63,186 nucleotides of DNA, filler included, from Octopus bimaculoides (GCF_001194135.2; 5 parts of 5 records of this genome joined end to end with filler, not necessarily neighbours in it); one strand, 5' to 3'; shown: positions 13,659 through 26,899, numbered from the whole stretch's first letter. Numbers and translations are program-made. The notes: a model not told the origin generated them from the letters alone.

Positions 13659-13734
13659 AGCATACATATATACATATACACATACACACACACACACATA
13701 TATATATATATACATACATTCATATATATATATA

Positions 13735-13834
13735 NNNNNNNNNNNNNNNNNNNNNNNNNNNNNNNNNNNNNNNNNNNNTTAATTAATTAANNNNNNNNNN
13801 NNNNNNNNNNNNNNNNNNNNNNNNNNNNNNNNNN
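13735..13834. other. Assembly linker N44-TTAATTAATTAA-N44
   Basis: Exactly 100 bp; 12-mer at 13779-13790. Confidence 0.95.
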
Positions 13835-16220
13835 TAAAAGTTGCTAGAAACAACAGCCAAATCTCCCTTAAATCACACAAGGTAAACGGAATTTAAAAAA
13901 ATCTAATTACTGCACTGGAAAGTTCAGATCGAGAAAATTCCATTGATGTAAAAATTTTTACGAAAAAGTGGAAAATGTGGATTTCTATAAACATTCAAAA
14001 AGGCTTCACACAAATACACAATTTCAGATTTATATATTAAGATTTACGTATTTTTCAATGGAAATTAAGAAATAAAACAGTCACGATGATGAAAAGAAAC
14101 TGGTTTACACATTTTGCAGAGTTGCTTTGCTGACTCGATTCCCCTGGAGAGCAATTTAAGTTTTATGTTAATCGGGTGAGTTGAGCCATATTATTGCGTA
14201 GTTAGCGCCAGCAAATGGAGCTGATTTGGTTCGACTGAAATACTGTTTCATATCAATGACTTTCGACTTGTTTTAACACCATCGATAAAATCTCAAATAT
14301 AAGATTAGTGTGCTATCAAACTAATTTGGTTGAAATAAAACAACAGATAAACGTTTCGTTTCATAAATGATCAAGTTATTAAACTATCAAATCAAGAAGT
14401 TTCTGCATATCCTTAAGAAAAAGATAAACATTCAGTCAATTGAATTGATAGAAATATTTTACTCGTAATTATCCCCAAAGGGATAAATCCCCATTCGTAG
14501 GAATGAAATTCAGTACTGTGGCTAATAATGATCTAGATGTTTGAGTAGGTAGAGTATTGGGCAGTCGGCTGCTTGTAAACTTATGAATATGAATCTCAGC
14601 GGATTACTTTACCTATTTGCAAATCAGATTTTTATTTGATGCAATGCTTGACTCGTGCAAGCAATATCAGTTGCGATTACACTGCAACATTTACTAGTAT
14701 GGACTGTGCATGGATGTGCCTAGAAAATATGAATTTGCATCTTTGTGGCCTAATCAACAGTCTTCAGATGATTATTTTTTCTGGTTATAAAAATGTCAAG
14801 TAATTACCGTGATCGTCAGTGGGAAATCAAATTAGTATAAGGCAGCTAATGTGATTTACTGGGGTTCGTACCATAGCCATCTCATGGCCATCTCGAGGGC
14901 AGATAGCTAAGTGGATTATGTACAGGGCTACCTCTTCACAATTGATAATCTCGAATCCGTTACAAACATTTCGTTGTTTCAAAACAGCAAGTTATAATCT
15001 GCATTGTACCTATTCATCTAATTGTTGTTATTGCTGTTGTTGTTTGGCTTTTAGATCAACCTTGATTGAGCAGATCTATAATCGAACATATTCCAGCTGC
15101 GACCATCCTGTTCAGTTAGGTACATCGAGAGTTTTATTATCCAATGCTTTCCTCCCTAGGTTTAGGACGATAGGGATGTAGTTTGAGAATTTTGGTTGCT
15201 ATTTTTGTAGCAGGTTGATCAATAACATAGTTTCCCTCGTCACATGGGAATGTTATCTACGATAAATTATGCCTTATCTAGAAGCGTACCGTTATCCCTC
15301 ATCTAAACAACGTCATATAATCGGGTTTTCTGGTTTTAAATGTCATTTATGAGGCAAAATATTTCACGAATCTTTAGATAATAATCACATAGTTTTCCCT
15401 AACTCAACACCACCGAGACTTGGATTCTGCATTTCAAGTGATATTTTTGACAATCGATTTTTCTAAACTTTCAGGGATGGGGGTCACGTCTTTTCCGTTG
15501 CCATGTAAAATTCTCTTATTACTCAAATTCATAAAAATGCTGCTTTCTTTTTGTTTTTCTTTTCAGTAACTCACTGTTATTTCAATGCAAAAACAATCAG
15601 ATTGAGAGCGATAAAATATTAAAGTCAGTTTTCAAAAAATAATCAATGTCAAAGACACAATCTATTTTCAAAGATTTGCCAAACATTAATTTGATTCATA
15701 CAACAACCAAAATATTTAACAACAGAAACATCTAAATATTAGTTTGAAATTTTGGTAGAAGGCCTGCAATTTCGGGGGAGGCGGTGAGTCGATTATATTG
15801 ACTGTTACTTATTTTATCGACCCCGAAAGAATAAAAGTCAAAGTCAACTCTGGCGGCATTTTGACTCCTAAAGTAAAATCGGAAGAAGTGCCGCTAAACA
15901 TTTTTTCCAAATCCACTCACAAGGCTTTGGTCGACCAGAGGCTATAGTAAAAGACACTTGCCCAAGTTGCCACACAGTGGGACTGAACCCGGAACCATGT
16001 GGTTGGTAAGCAAGCTACTTACCACACAACCACTCATTATGCTAATTATATTTTGCCGCTACTTGCTTCCCTATCCATTCCTTGATATTATTGAAATCAT
16101 CTACTTAGTGGTCTTAGTTTACCCATTTTGCCAAAGTTGGCGTGGCTGTGTGGTAAGAAACTTGCTTCATAACCAAATGATTGTAAGTGGATTTAGTTGA
16201 CGGAAGCTGAAAGAAATCCG

Positions 16221-16262
<42 letters not shown>

Positions 16263-17548
16263 TTATCGTTTAACCTCTCCTTTCCATGCTGGAATGGGTT
16301 GGACCGTTTCACTGAGGACTGGCAAGCTAGAAGGTTGCATCAGGCTCCAATCTGATCTGGCAAGCTTCTACAGCTGAATGCCCTTCCCAATGCTAACCAC
16401 TCCAAGAGTGTAGCCACTGGTGCAGCACTAGCAATGATCATGCTCCNNNNNNNNNNNNNNNNNNNNNNNNNNNNNNNNNNNNNNNNNNNNNNNNNNNNNN
16501 NNNNNNNNNNNNNNNNNNNNNNNNNNNNNNNNNNNNNNNNNNNNNNNNNNNNNNNNNNNNNNNNNNNNNNNNNNNNNNNNNNNNNNNNNNNNNNNNNNNN
16601 NNNNNNNNNNNNNNNNNNNNNNNNNNNNNNNNNNNNNNNNNNNNNNNNNNNNNNNNNNNNNNNNNNNNNNNNNNNNNNNNNNNNNNNNNNNNNNNNNNNN
16701 NNNNNNNNNNNNNNNNNNNNNNNNNNNNNNNNNNNNNNNNNNNNNNNNNNNNNNNNNNNNNNNNNNNNNNNNNNNNNNNNNNNNNNNNNNNNNNNNNNNN
16801 NNNNNNNNNNNNNNNNNNNNNNNNNNNNNNNNNNNNNNNNNNNNNNNNNNNNNNNNNNNNNNNNNNNNNNNNNNNNNNNNNNNNNNNNNNNNNNNNNNNN
16901 NNNNNNNNNNNNNNNNNNNNNNNNNNNNNNNNNNNNNNNNNNNNNNCAATGGCTCGTAATGAGACGCAGTTTAGGGCAGCTGTGTCAAATTCTCTTATAC
17001 ACCAGATGTGCCATCAAAACTCTTGATTGGACCATGTCAGGTGGGGGAGAAGAGCCATGCAAGGAACGTGAAAATCACGGTGGTGCACCAGCATGACCGC
17101 AGCCACTTGGCTGAAACACATAAATAAATAAATAAATAAAAAGAATTCAGATAACGTTAACTCACCAAACTCTGTTCTACGTTTATTATACTTCTACATT
17201 GTACAAAATATATTAACAAGTTTTTAATGCAATCCCAAATAGTATTTAATTACAAAAATATAATTGGATTTGAAAAAAATGGAATGGCTCTGAGGGTCCA
17301 TCCGAGTAAAATAGGAACCAAGTTCATCCAACTATCTGACTGTCAGGTGCTTTGTTTGTGGTGTTTGCAACGATACAGATATTTTTAAACGCGGCTCTAG
17401 TTTGAGAATGAGCCATAGTTTATAATCGCGGGTTCTCTATTCTTTCAGAAGCGTCACCTACTCAGCAGTAAACCCATGATTCTTGTCCTTCCTTTTCTAA
17501 CATATTAAATATCCAACGTTTTCAAGGTAGCAGTTTATTTCACTGAAA

Positions 17549-17870
17549 TGAAGGCTCATGGCTCAGTGGTTATGGTATTCGGCTCACGATCGTTGCGGGT
17601 GGGTTCGATTCCCGGAGGCGCGTTGTGTCCTTGAGCAAGACATTTTATTTCACATTGCTCCAGTCCACTCAGCTGGCAAAATGAGAGGTACCTGTATTTC
17701 AAAGGGCCAGCCTTGTCACATTCTGTATCACGCTGAATCTCCCTGAGAACTACATTAAAGGTACACGTATTTGTGGCATGCTCAACCGCTTGTGTTAATT
17801 CCACGAGCAAGCTGTTCCGTTGATCGGATCAACTAGAACCATCATTGTCGTAACTGGTGGAGTACCAATA
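17549..17870 (+). mobile_element. tRNA-derived SINE family B, full length
   Basis: Colinear with 6986-7296. Further fragments at about 3775-3965 (+), 48830-48985 (-) and 50560-50665 (-). Confidence 0.88.
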
Positions 17871-19692
17871 ACCACAGAAAGAACAAATCAAAGCTAAAGC
17901 TGATCCTAATAAAATCTGAGCTTAGAAACTTATGAAATCAGAAAAGATGAAGCAAAACATATGATCGCATGAAAAAGCAGTTATGATATACAGCTTTGGA
18001 CCCTTTATATCGTTCTGGTGACATATCCCATATGGTAGTAACTTGTAGACTTATAATTTGTACAGCTTTAAGCTGTAGAGAACGAAGCAAGGATTTTAAA
18101 TTAACCTATTATAATTTAGTTGTTACACGATATTAAACGAGTATCAGCAGTAAGCTTTCTCTTCCTCCCTATTTCTGTCTAATGGATGCATTTCCTACTG
18201 TGTATTATTATGCAGACCTCTTTTTTTGTTCCGAGTTGAAAGTGCGGCGGATCTGACTTTAATTTTCATTGTTCAATTCTCGATGGAATAAATACTAGAC
18301 CAGTAACTACTAGGATTGATTCCACGTGTCTTTTGATTATGCTCGAAATAATTTTTGGAGATTGTTGTCCTTGCTGTTTTTCGATCCTGTTTCAACCGCG
18401 ATCCGGGACAACTATAACGAAGTGCATTCCAGTTATGCACTTCAATGCTTTTTATATTAAAATTTACATTAAAATTGTGTATCTTTCTGTAATTAATACA
18501 GTGTCGTGTGATACGAGGCAGATTTAGCTGTTATTTCTAACGGAGGCGAAGGCATAAAAGTTGCCTCGTTGGACAGTGTAGATGACATTTAATCCCAGAT
18601 CAATCCTGATTGAATAGACCTAAGAGATATTGTCATTGTAATCATCCACAAATATTATACAGGCGCATAAGAAGCTCGATTTGCAGCCAATTGGTTTCAG
18701 GTTCATTCTCACTGCATAGCACCTTGGGACCGTGTCATCTACTCTTAGCCTGGCCGACCAATGCCTTGTGAGTGAATCTGGTTGACAGAAGCTGTATGAA
18801 AACCTATCGTATATGTGTGTGTGTGTGTGTATGGGCGTGTTTCTGTTTGTATGTATATGTTGATGTGAGTATTTTTGTGTCGGCGTTAGTCCCTCCCACC
18901 GCTTAACAACCGGTGATGGTTCGTTTACATCCCTGTTACTTAACGGTTCAGAAAAATCGATCAGTTGAATAAATACCAGACTTGAAAATAAATGTCTAAA
19001 CCTGTCAAGGCGGTGCCCCAGTATGGCCGCAGTCTAATGACAGAAACAAATAAACAATAAAAGGAAAAAGAAAATATAGTTTCATATCAGACTTTATAAT
19101 CCAATTAGTTCTACCTTCTATTATAAAAAAAAAAAGCGATAAGACGCGATTTAAGAGAGATTTGGTTGCTATTCCTTGCAGATCTAGCGACCATATAGCG
19201 GCATTGCTTTGCGCCAGCAGTTCATTGGTGGAAGATGGGTGTAAATGTAATAAGTTACAACAACAGCCTTCAGGTTTTATTAAACTTCATTAAACCAAGA
19301 TGCTCTTGTTTGAAGTCATCCGCCCGAAATTTTATACTTCTCTTCATCCTCAACGACATAAATTTTATTCAACTCTTTCAAACAATTTATGTTATTACTA
19401 TTTGCCGACGCAGACGTCAAATACATTCCTCTGATTCTACAGTTTTTATTATCTCGTTTGGGTCCTTCTATATCGTTTATCCATGGTAAATGAAATAAGA
19501 TATAAATGGGTAAACAGTTATCAATGGCTTTTACAAACATTACGTGTTTACAAGATATTATTGTTTCCTTCCCCCAAAACATTCATCGATACATTTTTGC
19601 GTTGTTTTCTACTCTTTGTTATATTTCAAGACAACAAACAATCTTTAGACGTTATTAAGGTCTATTTTAATAACGATGATGACGATGATTAC

Positions 19693-19738
<46 letters not shown>

Positions 19739-19925
19739 GATATTTATCATTATTGTCGTTGTTGTTGTTATTATTTAAAAATGCTAGGAAGGAATTAAGG
19801 GATTTGAATTCGTGTATAGAATATTTATTTCGACTTGCTTATAAGTTGAAAACATTTGCGATATTTTTGTATTTCGAAAGAAAATACACAAGTAAATAAA
19901 AACACACGTGATCTGTATGCATACA

Positions 19926-19956
<31 letters not shown>

Positions 19957-20480
19957 ATTCGTGCACACAAGTACAAATGCTTTATTGTGTGTGTGTGTGT
20001 ACGTATGCATGCTCATGTGTGTATGTACGTTTGTATCTATATATTTAAAGTGGATGTTTATGATAAGAAACCGTAAAAAACAGCGGATAACATAAGCTGC
20101 CAAAGGACTTCATACAAGTGTAGAATTAAAATATATAATTAGAATAAAATACATAGTGGTTGTGACTTCGAAGTTTCGACGGTAGTTGTTCGTTGGACTT
20201 GAAAATTTAATGATTATTGACAAAATGTAGAATGTTTCGATTTAATGATCCTGTCAGACTATGATCTGATAAGACAATAAGATCGTTAAATTTATACAGA
20301 AACTAACTGACCACGTGCCGTCAATAATGACGACTAATTGTAGTATTTTATAAGGTACAAAATAAGGTACATAATATTACTCTCACTACTTCTCTTCCAC
20401 TGGATTACTGTTTTCTCTCCTCTTCCGCGTCCAGCGTGCTTCTGGACACACACACACACACACATATATACATACATACA

Positions 20481-20523
<43 letters not shown>

Positions 20524-20525
20524 AT

Positions 20526-20915
20526 AGGAGTGGCTTTGTAGTAATAGCTTGCCTACCAACCACATGGTTCCGGGTTCAGTCCCAATGCGTAGCACCTTGG
20601 GCAAGTGTCTTTTACTATAGCCTCGGGCCGACCAAAGCCTTGTGAGTGGATTTGGTAGACGGAAACTGAAAGAAACCCGTCGTATATATGTATATGTATA
20701 TATATGTTTGTGTGTCTGTGTTTGTTCCCCCCCCCCCCCAACATCGCTTCACAACCGATGCTGGTGTGTTTACGTCCCCGTAACTTAGCGGTTCGGAAAA
20801 TGAAACCGATAGAATAAGTACTAGGCTTACAAAGAATAAGTCCTGGGGTCGATTTGCTCGACTAAAGGTGGAGCTCCAGCATGGCCACAGTCAAATGACT
20901 GAAACAAGTACAATA
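20526..20915 (+). mobile_element. tRNA-derived SINE family C, full length with internal (TA/TG)n
   Basis: Head GTGGCT..GGTTCAGTCCC, CORE-like CCTTGGGCAAGTGTCTT, tail ..CAGTCAAATGACTGAAACAAGTA. Other copies or halves at about 5765-5950(-), 15905-16035(-), 16140-16225(+), 18660-19060(+), 21515-21652(-), 22400-22700(+), 23800-24020(+), 28420-28600(-), 28670-28828(-), 44090-44220(+), 44255-44430(-), 44785-44910(-), 44920-45120(+), 48300-48660(+), 56385-56690(-), 60735-60940(-). Confidence 0.9.
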
Positions 20916-21093
20916 GTAAAAGAGAGAATATATATATATAAATATAAATGCACTACGCTCATTATTATATTTTATATTAGGAGATATTTATTGTTGCCGG
21001 TTGTTTTGTCATATTGATCAATGGTTACTAATGTTAAATACTATTCATTTCACTGTACACATACATACATCCACATATAAACGCGCGCGTACT

Positions 21094-21133
<40 letters not shown>

Positions 21134-21442
21134 TGCGTACACGCATCTATATATATATACGTACCTTCCTTCTATTGGGTATCGCACATAGATGGAGAGC
21201 GTTGGTAAATGCGCCCGCGAACATCCTGTCCGAACACGTTGGTCTAAAAATAAAGAAAATAGCTGATGTCGCTTTTATAGTATTAATATCACCTAAGCTA
21301 ACCTGACCAATAGAACCCCAAATACCCAGAAACAAACTTCAATTACTCTCAAGACTCTCGTTCTGCTCCTAGCTTCTGATGGGATAGGCGTGTCCTACGT
21401 GCACACGAAACTTCAAGTCAAGTGGAGCTGAGTCAGACTGCT

Positions 21443-21496
<54 letters not shown>

Positions 21497-21669
21497 TGAG
21501 ATTTTTTAGGTTTCCGTCTATCAAATCCACTCGCACGGCTTTGGTCGGCCTGGGGCTATAGTAGAAGACACTTGCCCCAAATGTCACACAGTGAGACTGA
21601 ACCTGGAACCAGGCGAGTGGGAAGGAAACGTCTTACCACATAGCTACGCCTGTTCCACCAAAGACAACA

Positions 21670-22243
21670 ATGTTAAAGATGTGTTCATTCTCTGCAGTCC
21701 TGTAATAATGAAGAGGAGGTTCAGAACTATCCATTTGAATTCATAAACTCACTCACTCCATCCAGTATGTCTCCCCATCGCCTCAACGCAAAAGTAGGGG
21801 CTATTATAATGCTGCTAAGAAATCTTTCGATCAGTCAAGGATTATGTAATGGAACTCACATGAAAGTGTAAAGACTTCATGAGCATTGTGTAGAAGCATC
21901 ATTGGTAACAGGCTCCAACAGAGGTCGTACAGTTCAAATTCTCAGAATTAAACTTAGCCCAAGTGATGCAAATATTCAATTCACACTAAACATACTTCAG
22001 TTTCCACTTCGACTTGCATATTCAATGACAATTAACAAGGCTCAAGGGCAAACATTTGAAAAAGTTGGAATACATTTGCCTCAACCGGTATTTTCTCATG
22101 GCCAATTTTATGTCGCATTTTCAAGAGCACGAGCTATGAACAATATCAAAGTAAGAGTTATGACTCTCAATTGGGATAACAGACAAGGCCAAAAATGTGG
22201 TGTCACATACACACAAAATATTGTCTACTATGGAGTACTGTGA
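21670..22243 (+). mobile_element. Helitron PIF1-helicase C-terminal fragment (pseudogenised)
   Basis: One frame from 21707 reads NEEEVQNYPFEFINSLTPSSMSPHRLNAKVGAIIMLLRNLSISQGLCNGTHMKV*RLHEHCVEASLVTGSNRG...QFPLRLAYSMTINKAQGQTFEKVGIHLPQPVFSHGQFYVAFSRA...NIVYYGVL*. Premature TAA at 21869-21871. Confidence 0.92.
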
Positions 22244-22416
22244 GGAAGACCACCGCATCAGCTAGCATCACCAGCACTCCAGCCGCTCCATCATTACACA
22301 TCTGCATTACACCTTTAAGATCGGGGAACCAGTTAGGGGCTCGCTGGATCTCTCTCAGCATACCAGCAAACCACAAAATCGCACCAGCCAACATCACCAC
22401 GAGCTCTAAACCCGTC

Positions 22417-22449
<33 letters not shown>

Positions 22450-24020
22450 TGTATGTATGTATGTATGTATGTATGTATGTATGTATGTATGTATGTATGT
22501 ATGTATGTGTGTTTGTGTTTGTCCCACCACCACCACCACCATTGCTTGACACCCGATGTTGGTGTGTTTGCGTCCCTGCAATTTAGCTGTTCAGCAGAAG
22601 AGACTGATAGTATAAGCACCAGGCTTACAGGGGTCAATTTCTTCGACTAAAGGGTGGTGCTCCATCATGGCCACCGTTAAATGACTGGAATAAGTAAAAT
22701 TGTGAAAGAATACCAGAAAAACTTTCCGTATCACAAAACCATGAAGGTTCTTTGAATATGTACGATGTATTTTAAGGTTAAATAGTAATTCCGTTTACAT
22801 TTGTGTAATTGAGATATTTTGATTGGATTATATAGTCATTGGTGTTACATTACTTTCTATATTCTGTAACTGTCATAATATACTTTTCTAGGCCTGAAAT
22901 GTTTGTGGGGAGGGGGCAGTTGATTAGATCGACCCCAGTTCACAACTGAAACTTAATTTATCGACACCGAAAGGAAGAAAGGCAAAGTCGACCTCGGCAG
23001 AATTTGAACTCAGAACGTAACGGCAGACGGTCATAATATACAAACATTTCTCATGGCACCAGTACACTGTTTACAGATGCTTACATTTTTTATGTTTTCC
23101 GTGAATTTTTCACGGGTCCAGCTAGTATACATAATTATAAACAAGGGATTGGCAAAACGCTTCACAGCGCGTTTTGTGGAAACTTGTACATTTATACAAC
23201 GGAATATCGACGCTGGTGATAGCAGTAGGTATTTTTTACTTTTAGCTTGAAATGAGATATGATACGCGATTAACTAAAAGTTTAATTTATTATNNNNNNN
23301 NNNNNNNNNNNNNNNNNNNNNNNNNNNNNNNNNNNNNNNNNNNNNNNNNNNNNNNNNNNNNNNNNNNNNNNNNNNNNNNNNNNNNNNNNNNNNNNNNNNN
23401 NNNNNNNNNNNNNNNNNNNNNNNNNNNNNNNNNNNNNNNNNNNNNNNNNNNNNNNNNNNNNNNNNNNNNNNNNNNNNNNNNNNNNNNNNNNNNNNNNNNN
23501 NNNNNNNNNNNNNNNNNNNNNNNNNNNNNNNNNNNNNNNNNNNNNNNNNNNNNNNNNNNNNNNNNNNNNNTATATATTCATGCATATATATATGTATGAA
23601 TACATACATATATAACATACATACATATATATGAAGCAGTTTTTTTATGCAGCAATTTATTGACAATTCTTTACAGATACATACACACACAAAGATATAT
23701 CTACCTACCTACCTACCAACCTACCTACCTACCTACCTACCTACCTAGCTACATACATACATTTAGGTGTTCATTCATATATATATATATATATATATGT
23801 AGGCGCAGGCGTGACTGTGTGGTAAGAACCTTGTCTCCCAACCACATGGTTCTGGTTCAGTCCCACTGCGTGGCACTTTGGGCAAGTGTCTTGCACTGTA
23901 GCCTCGGGTTTACCAAATCCGTGTGAGTGGATTTGGTCGACGAAAACTGAAAGAAGTCCATCGTATATGTGTGTGTGTGTGTGTCTTTCTGTCTGTGTTC
24001 CCTCACCACCACTTGACAAC

Positions 24021-24875
24021 TGTGTAGGTGTTGCTGTGCTTGAATCCCATTGGTGAAGAATCTTTCATCTTGTCGGTAACAAAAAAAAAACAAAAAAAAA
24101 CATCATCAGCAGCAGCTGATATGACGTAATTATCACTGCGATGCTGGTTCTCAGCCAAGTAATTTTTCATATTAGGGAATAAATGATATTCAGATGGGGC
24201 CAAATCAGGAGAGTAGGGTGGGCTGATAGACCAATTCAAAGTTAGTCACGCACAGCAGCCATTGAAAGAAAGGACTTGTGCGCTGAAGCATTGTCCTGAT
24301 GAAACAAAATCCTTTTCGTCAGGTTTACCGGGCGTTTGGTCTTGATAGCTTTTCGCAACTGCCTCAGTAAGTTGGGTGTAGTACTCTCCATTGATGGTGT
24401 AACCCTTTTGAAGATTGTCAATAAACACAATGCCTTTTGCATCCAAAAAACTGAGGCCATCACCTTCCTTGCTGATGAAACTACCTTGGCCTTCTTTGGA
24501 GCATGCATGGGCTGTATCTTTGTCTTTGCCTCAAAGTGATGAAGCCTGTACTCATCCTGGGTTCGGAAAACTTCAAGGAAACCATTTGGACCGGCTTGAA
24601 ACAGTGTCAGATTTTTCCGTGATGTGAATCAACCTGGTGCACTTTTGATCAGGTGTCAGAAATTATCGCACCCATCAAGCAGAAACCTTGCCAAATTCAT
24701 TCTGCAGAATATTTTCATCTCTCTCACAGGATATGCTAATAGCATTGGTTATTTGATTTATAGCCAATCGCCTGTCATCCCTCACCATGTGGTGAACATG
24801 ATCAATGTTTTCCTCGGTGGTGGCAGTTACAGGACGTCCAGACCTTAGGTCATCTTCAAGACTCTCCCTTCCCAT
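24021..24875 (-). mobile_element. mariner transposon relic B (lacks N-terminus and TIRs)
   Basis: GRESLEDDLRSGRPVTATTEENID, RTQDE, APKKAKVVSSARKVMASVFW/DAKGIVFID, LFHQDNASAHKS, PPYSPDLAPSEYHLFPNMK (mariner YSPDLAP motif). Many stops and frameshifts. Confidence 0.92.
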
Positions 24876-25707
24876 CTCAAAACACAGCTAGCATCCTTTT
24901 TACTGCAGAAGGTCGAGTCTTGATTTCTTCTTCGCGATTTCAGGTGTTTCCTCCCCATATTTTGCTTTTTTGAGTCTGGATCAAAGTGATGGAAACAGGT
25001 TTAAAGAGTCACATCTGTGACTCTTTAAAAAAGTTTCGCCTTCGTCGTTGTCATGGTCGGGTATGCGTTGACAGACGTTCACACGATTGTGTTTGTGCGC
25101 TTTAGTAAGCAGTCTTGGTACCCATCACGCACAGACTTTACGAAAGCAAAACTTGTGGATGATTTCATATGCAGAACTATTACTAATTGCAGAGAACATG
25201 CCACCTCACTAATAACCACTTGTCGCTTTACCTACCAGAACCAGCTCAGGAGCTGGTTGAATCTTCACTTCAGTGCTTGAGGTTGATGGGCGTTCTGCTC
25301 CCTCTTCGTGCTTCACGCTTGTCCGGCCATTTTTAAACTTCTCAATTCACTCTTAAACTCTTCTACACGGTTGCCTGCGATGAGCTTTAGCCTGCGGTGA
25401 ATTTTAAACTGCGATGAATTTTAGCCTGCGATGAATTTTAGCCTGCGATGAATTTTATCCCTATATGCACCTTCAGACCAGAGAGAAATCGGATCACTCA
25501 TCTCGGTTCTTCTTGGTGCACACTGCCAGCAGAGCAATTACGTTTACTCTATAACACATGAAAGAAAACTGGAGCAATTGAGGTCAAACCACGGTTACGT
25601 AAGCACAAGAGTATAACATTTTAGCACGTGGGCACTGAAGACAGTGCAGCCAAAAATCTAAAATAAATTTTGGCAGAAGAGCGGATAATTTTTGACTTAT
25701 TCTCGTA
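24876..25707 (-). mobile_element. mariner transposon relic A (5' TIR + N-terminal half of transposase)
   Basis: 5' end TA|CGAGAATAAGTCAAAAATTATCCGC at 25707-25681. Degenerate CTKxxQRxVIRFL..IHRRL, FRKVCA*WVPRLLT (WVPHEL-type motif, about 25145-25100), HHFDPDSKKQ, MLAVF*DGKG. Confidence 0.85.
25373..25457. repeat. 17-bp minisatellite x5 inside mariner A
   Basis: GCCTGCGATGAATTTTA-like units starting at 25373, 25390, 25407, 25424 and 25441. Confidence 0.95.
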
Positions 25708-26861
25708 CATTATATAAACATGTTTATTAAACACTCGTGTTTATCGAAGAAATCCACAACGCTGCTTTATACATATTTTTGCCTTAAAATACGTTTATTC
25801 AGGTATTAATGTTAATATTTTTGAAGCAATTACTTAGACTAGCATTCCCTTATGTGAAGATGTGTGTAAGTATAAAACAAATCGTTTGTCTATGTTTATT
25901 TGTGAATAGGTATGTGTCATATCGTGTGTATATGTGTTTCTGTTTCTGTTTTCGTCTTCGTATGTTGTCAAATAATATCAGTGAATGAGATTTAGCAATT
26001 CCTGAGTTATCATTCACATTTTTAATAGCATGTGTGTATGTGAGCATACGTATATACATAAATACACACATACGTACATACATGGAAAGACAGACATATA
26101 TACATACATATACATACATTTATATATACATACGGATGTGTGTGCGTTTGCGCATACACATGTTTACCTGTATATATAAATACATACACACACGTACACA
26201 TACACAGATACATACATATATATTATATCTGTATGTGTGTACATATATATANNNNNNNNNNNNNNNNNNNNNNNNNNNNNNNNNNNNNNNNNNNNNNNNN
26301 NNNNNNNNNNNNNNNNNNNNNNNNTATATATATATATATATCTGTGCGCGCGCGCGCAGGTGTATGCGTGTGTGTGTGTGTTTGTATAAATTTCGGGTGA
26401 AGTCGATGATTGTGTAGGTCTAACGAAACTAATCTCATCCTCCTCGTACGCTGTTCAGCTCAATCAACATCTGAAAATATGTTGAGATATGACGCGATGT
26501 TAAGAACATCCGTTTGTAATCGAAATAAAGGAATTCAGCATATTGGCTTTCTTAATTTACTTTGCAAAGCACCAGCTAAGCACCGACAGGATCTTTGAAG
26601 ACTTTTTAATGATATTCCTATGTTTAAAACCTTACAGAACGTGAGGAAGAAAGAGAGACAAAGAGAAAGATAGCAAGAGGAAAGTGTATACAGATATTTT
26701 CGTGTGTTTAAGTCGTTTACTTCGGATTTTCTGGGTTTCGACCCCACTACGCGGCAACATGAGAAATATCTTCTGTCAGTGCCGCCGATTGTACAGATAG
26801 ATAGACAGACAGACTAACAGACAGACAGTTGATAGATATAAAGTCAAATAAATAGATACAC

Positions 26862-26899
<38 letters not shown>

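Noticed and set aside
15543-15630. Strong plus-strand acceptor (TTTCTTTTTGTTTTTCTTTTCAG), and a similar one at about 13470-13492
   Set aside because: Such tracts are common in T-rich DNA and the downstream sequence has no coding signal; an antisense exon would need RNA evidence.
22247-22256. GACCACCGCA, near the Gli/Ci consensus GACCACCCA
   Set aside because: Imperfect, isolated, and located in Helitron-associated sequence.
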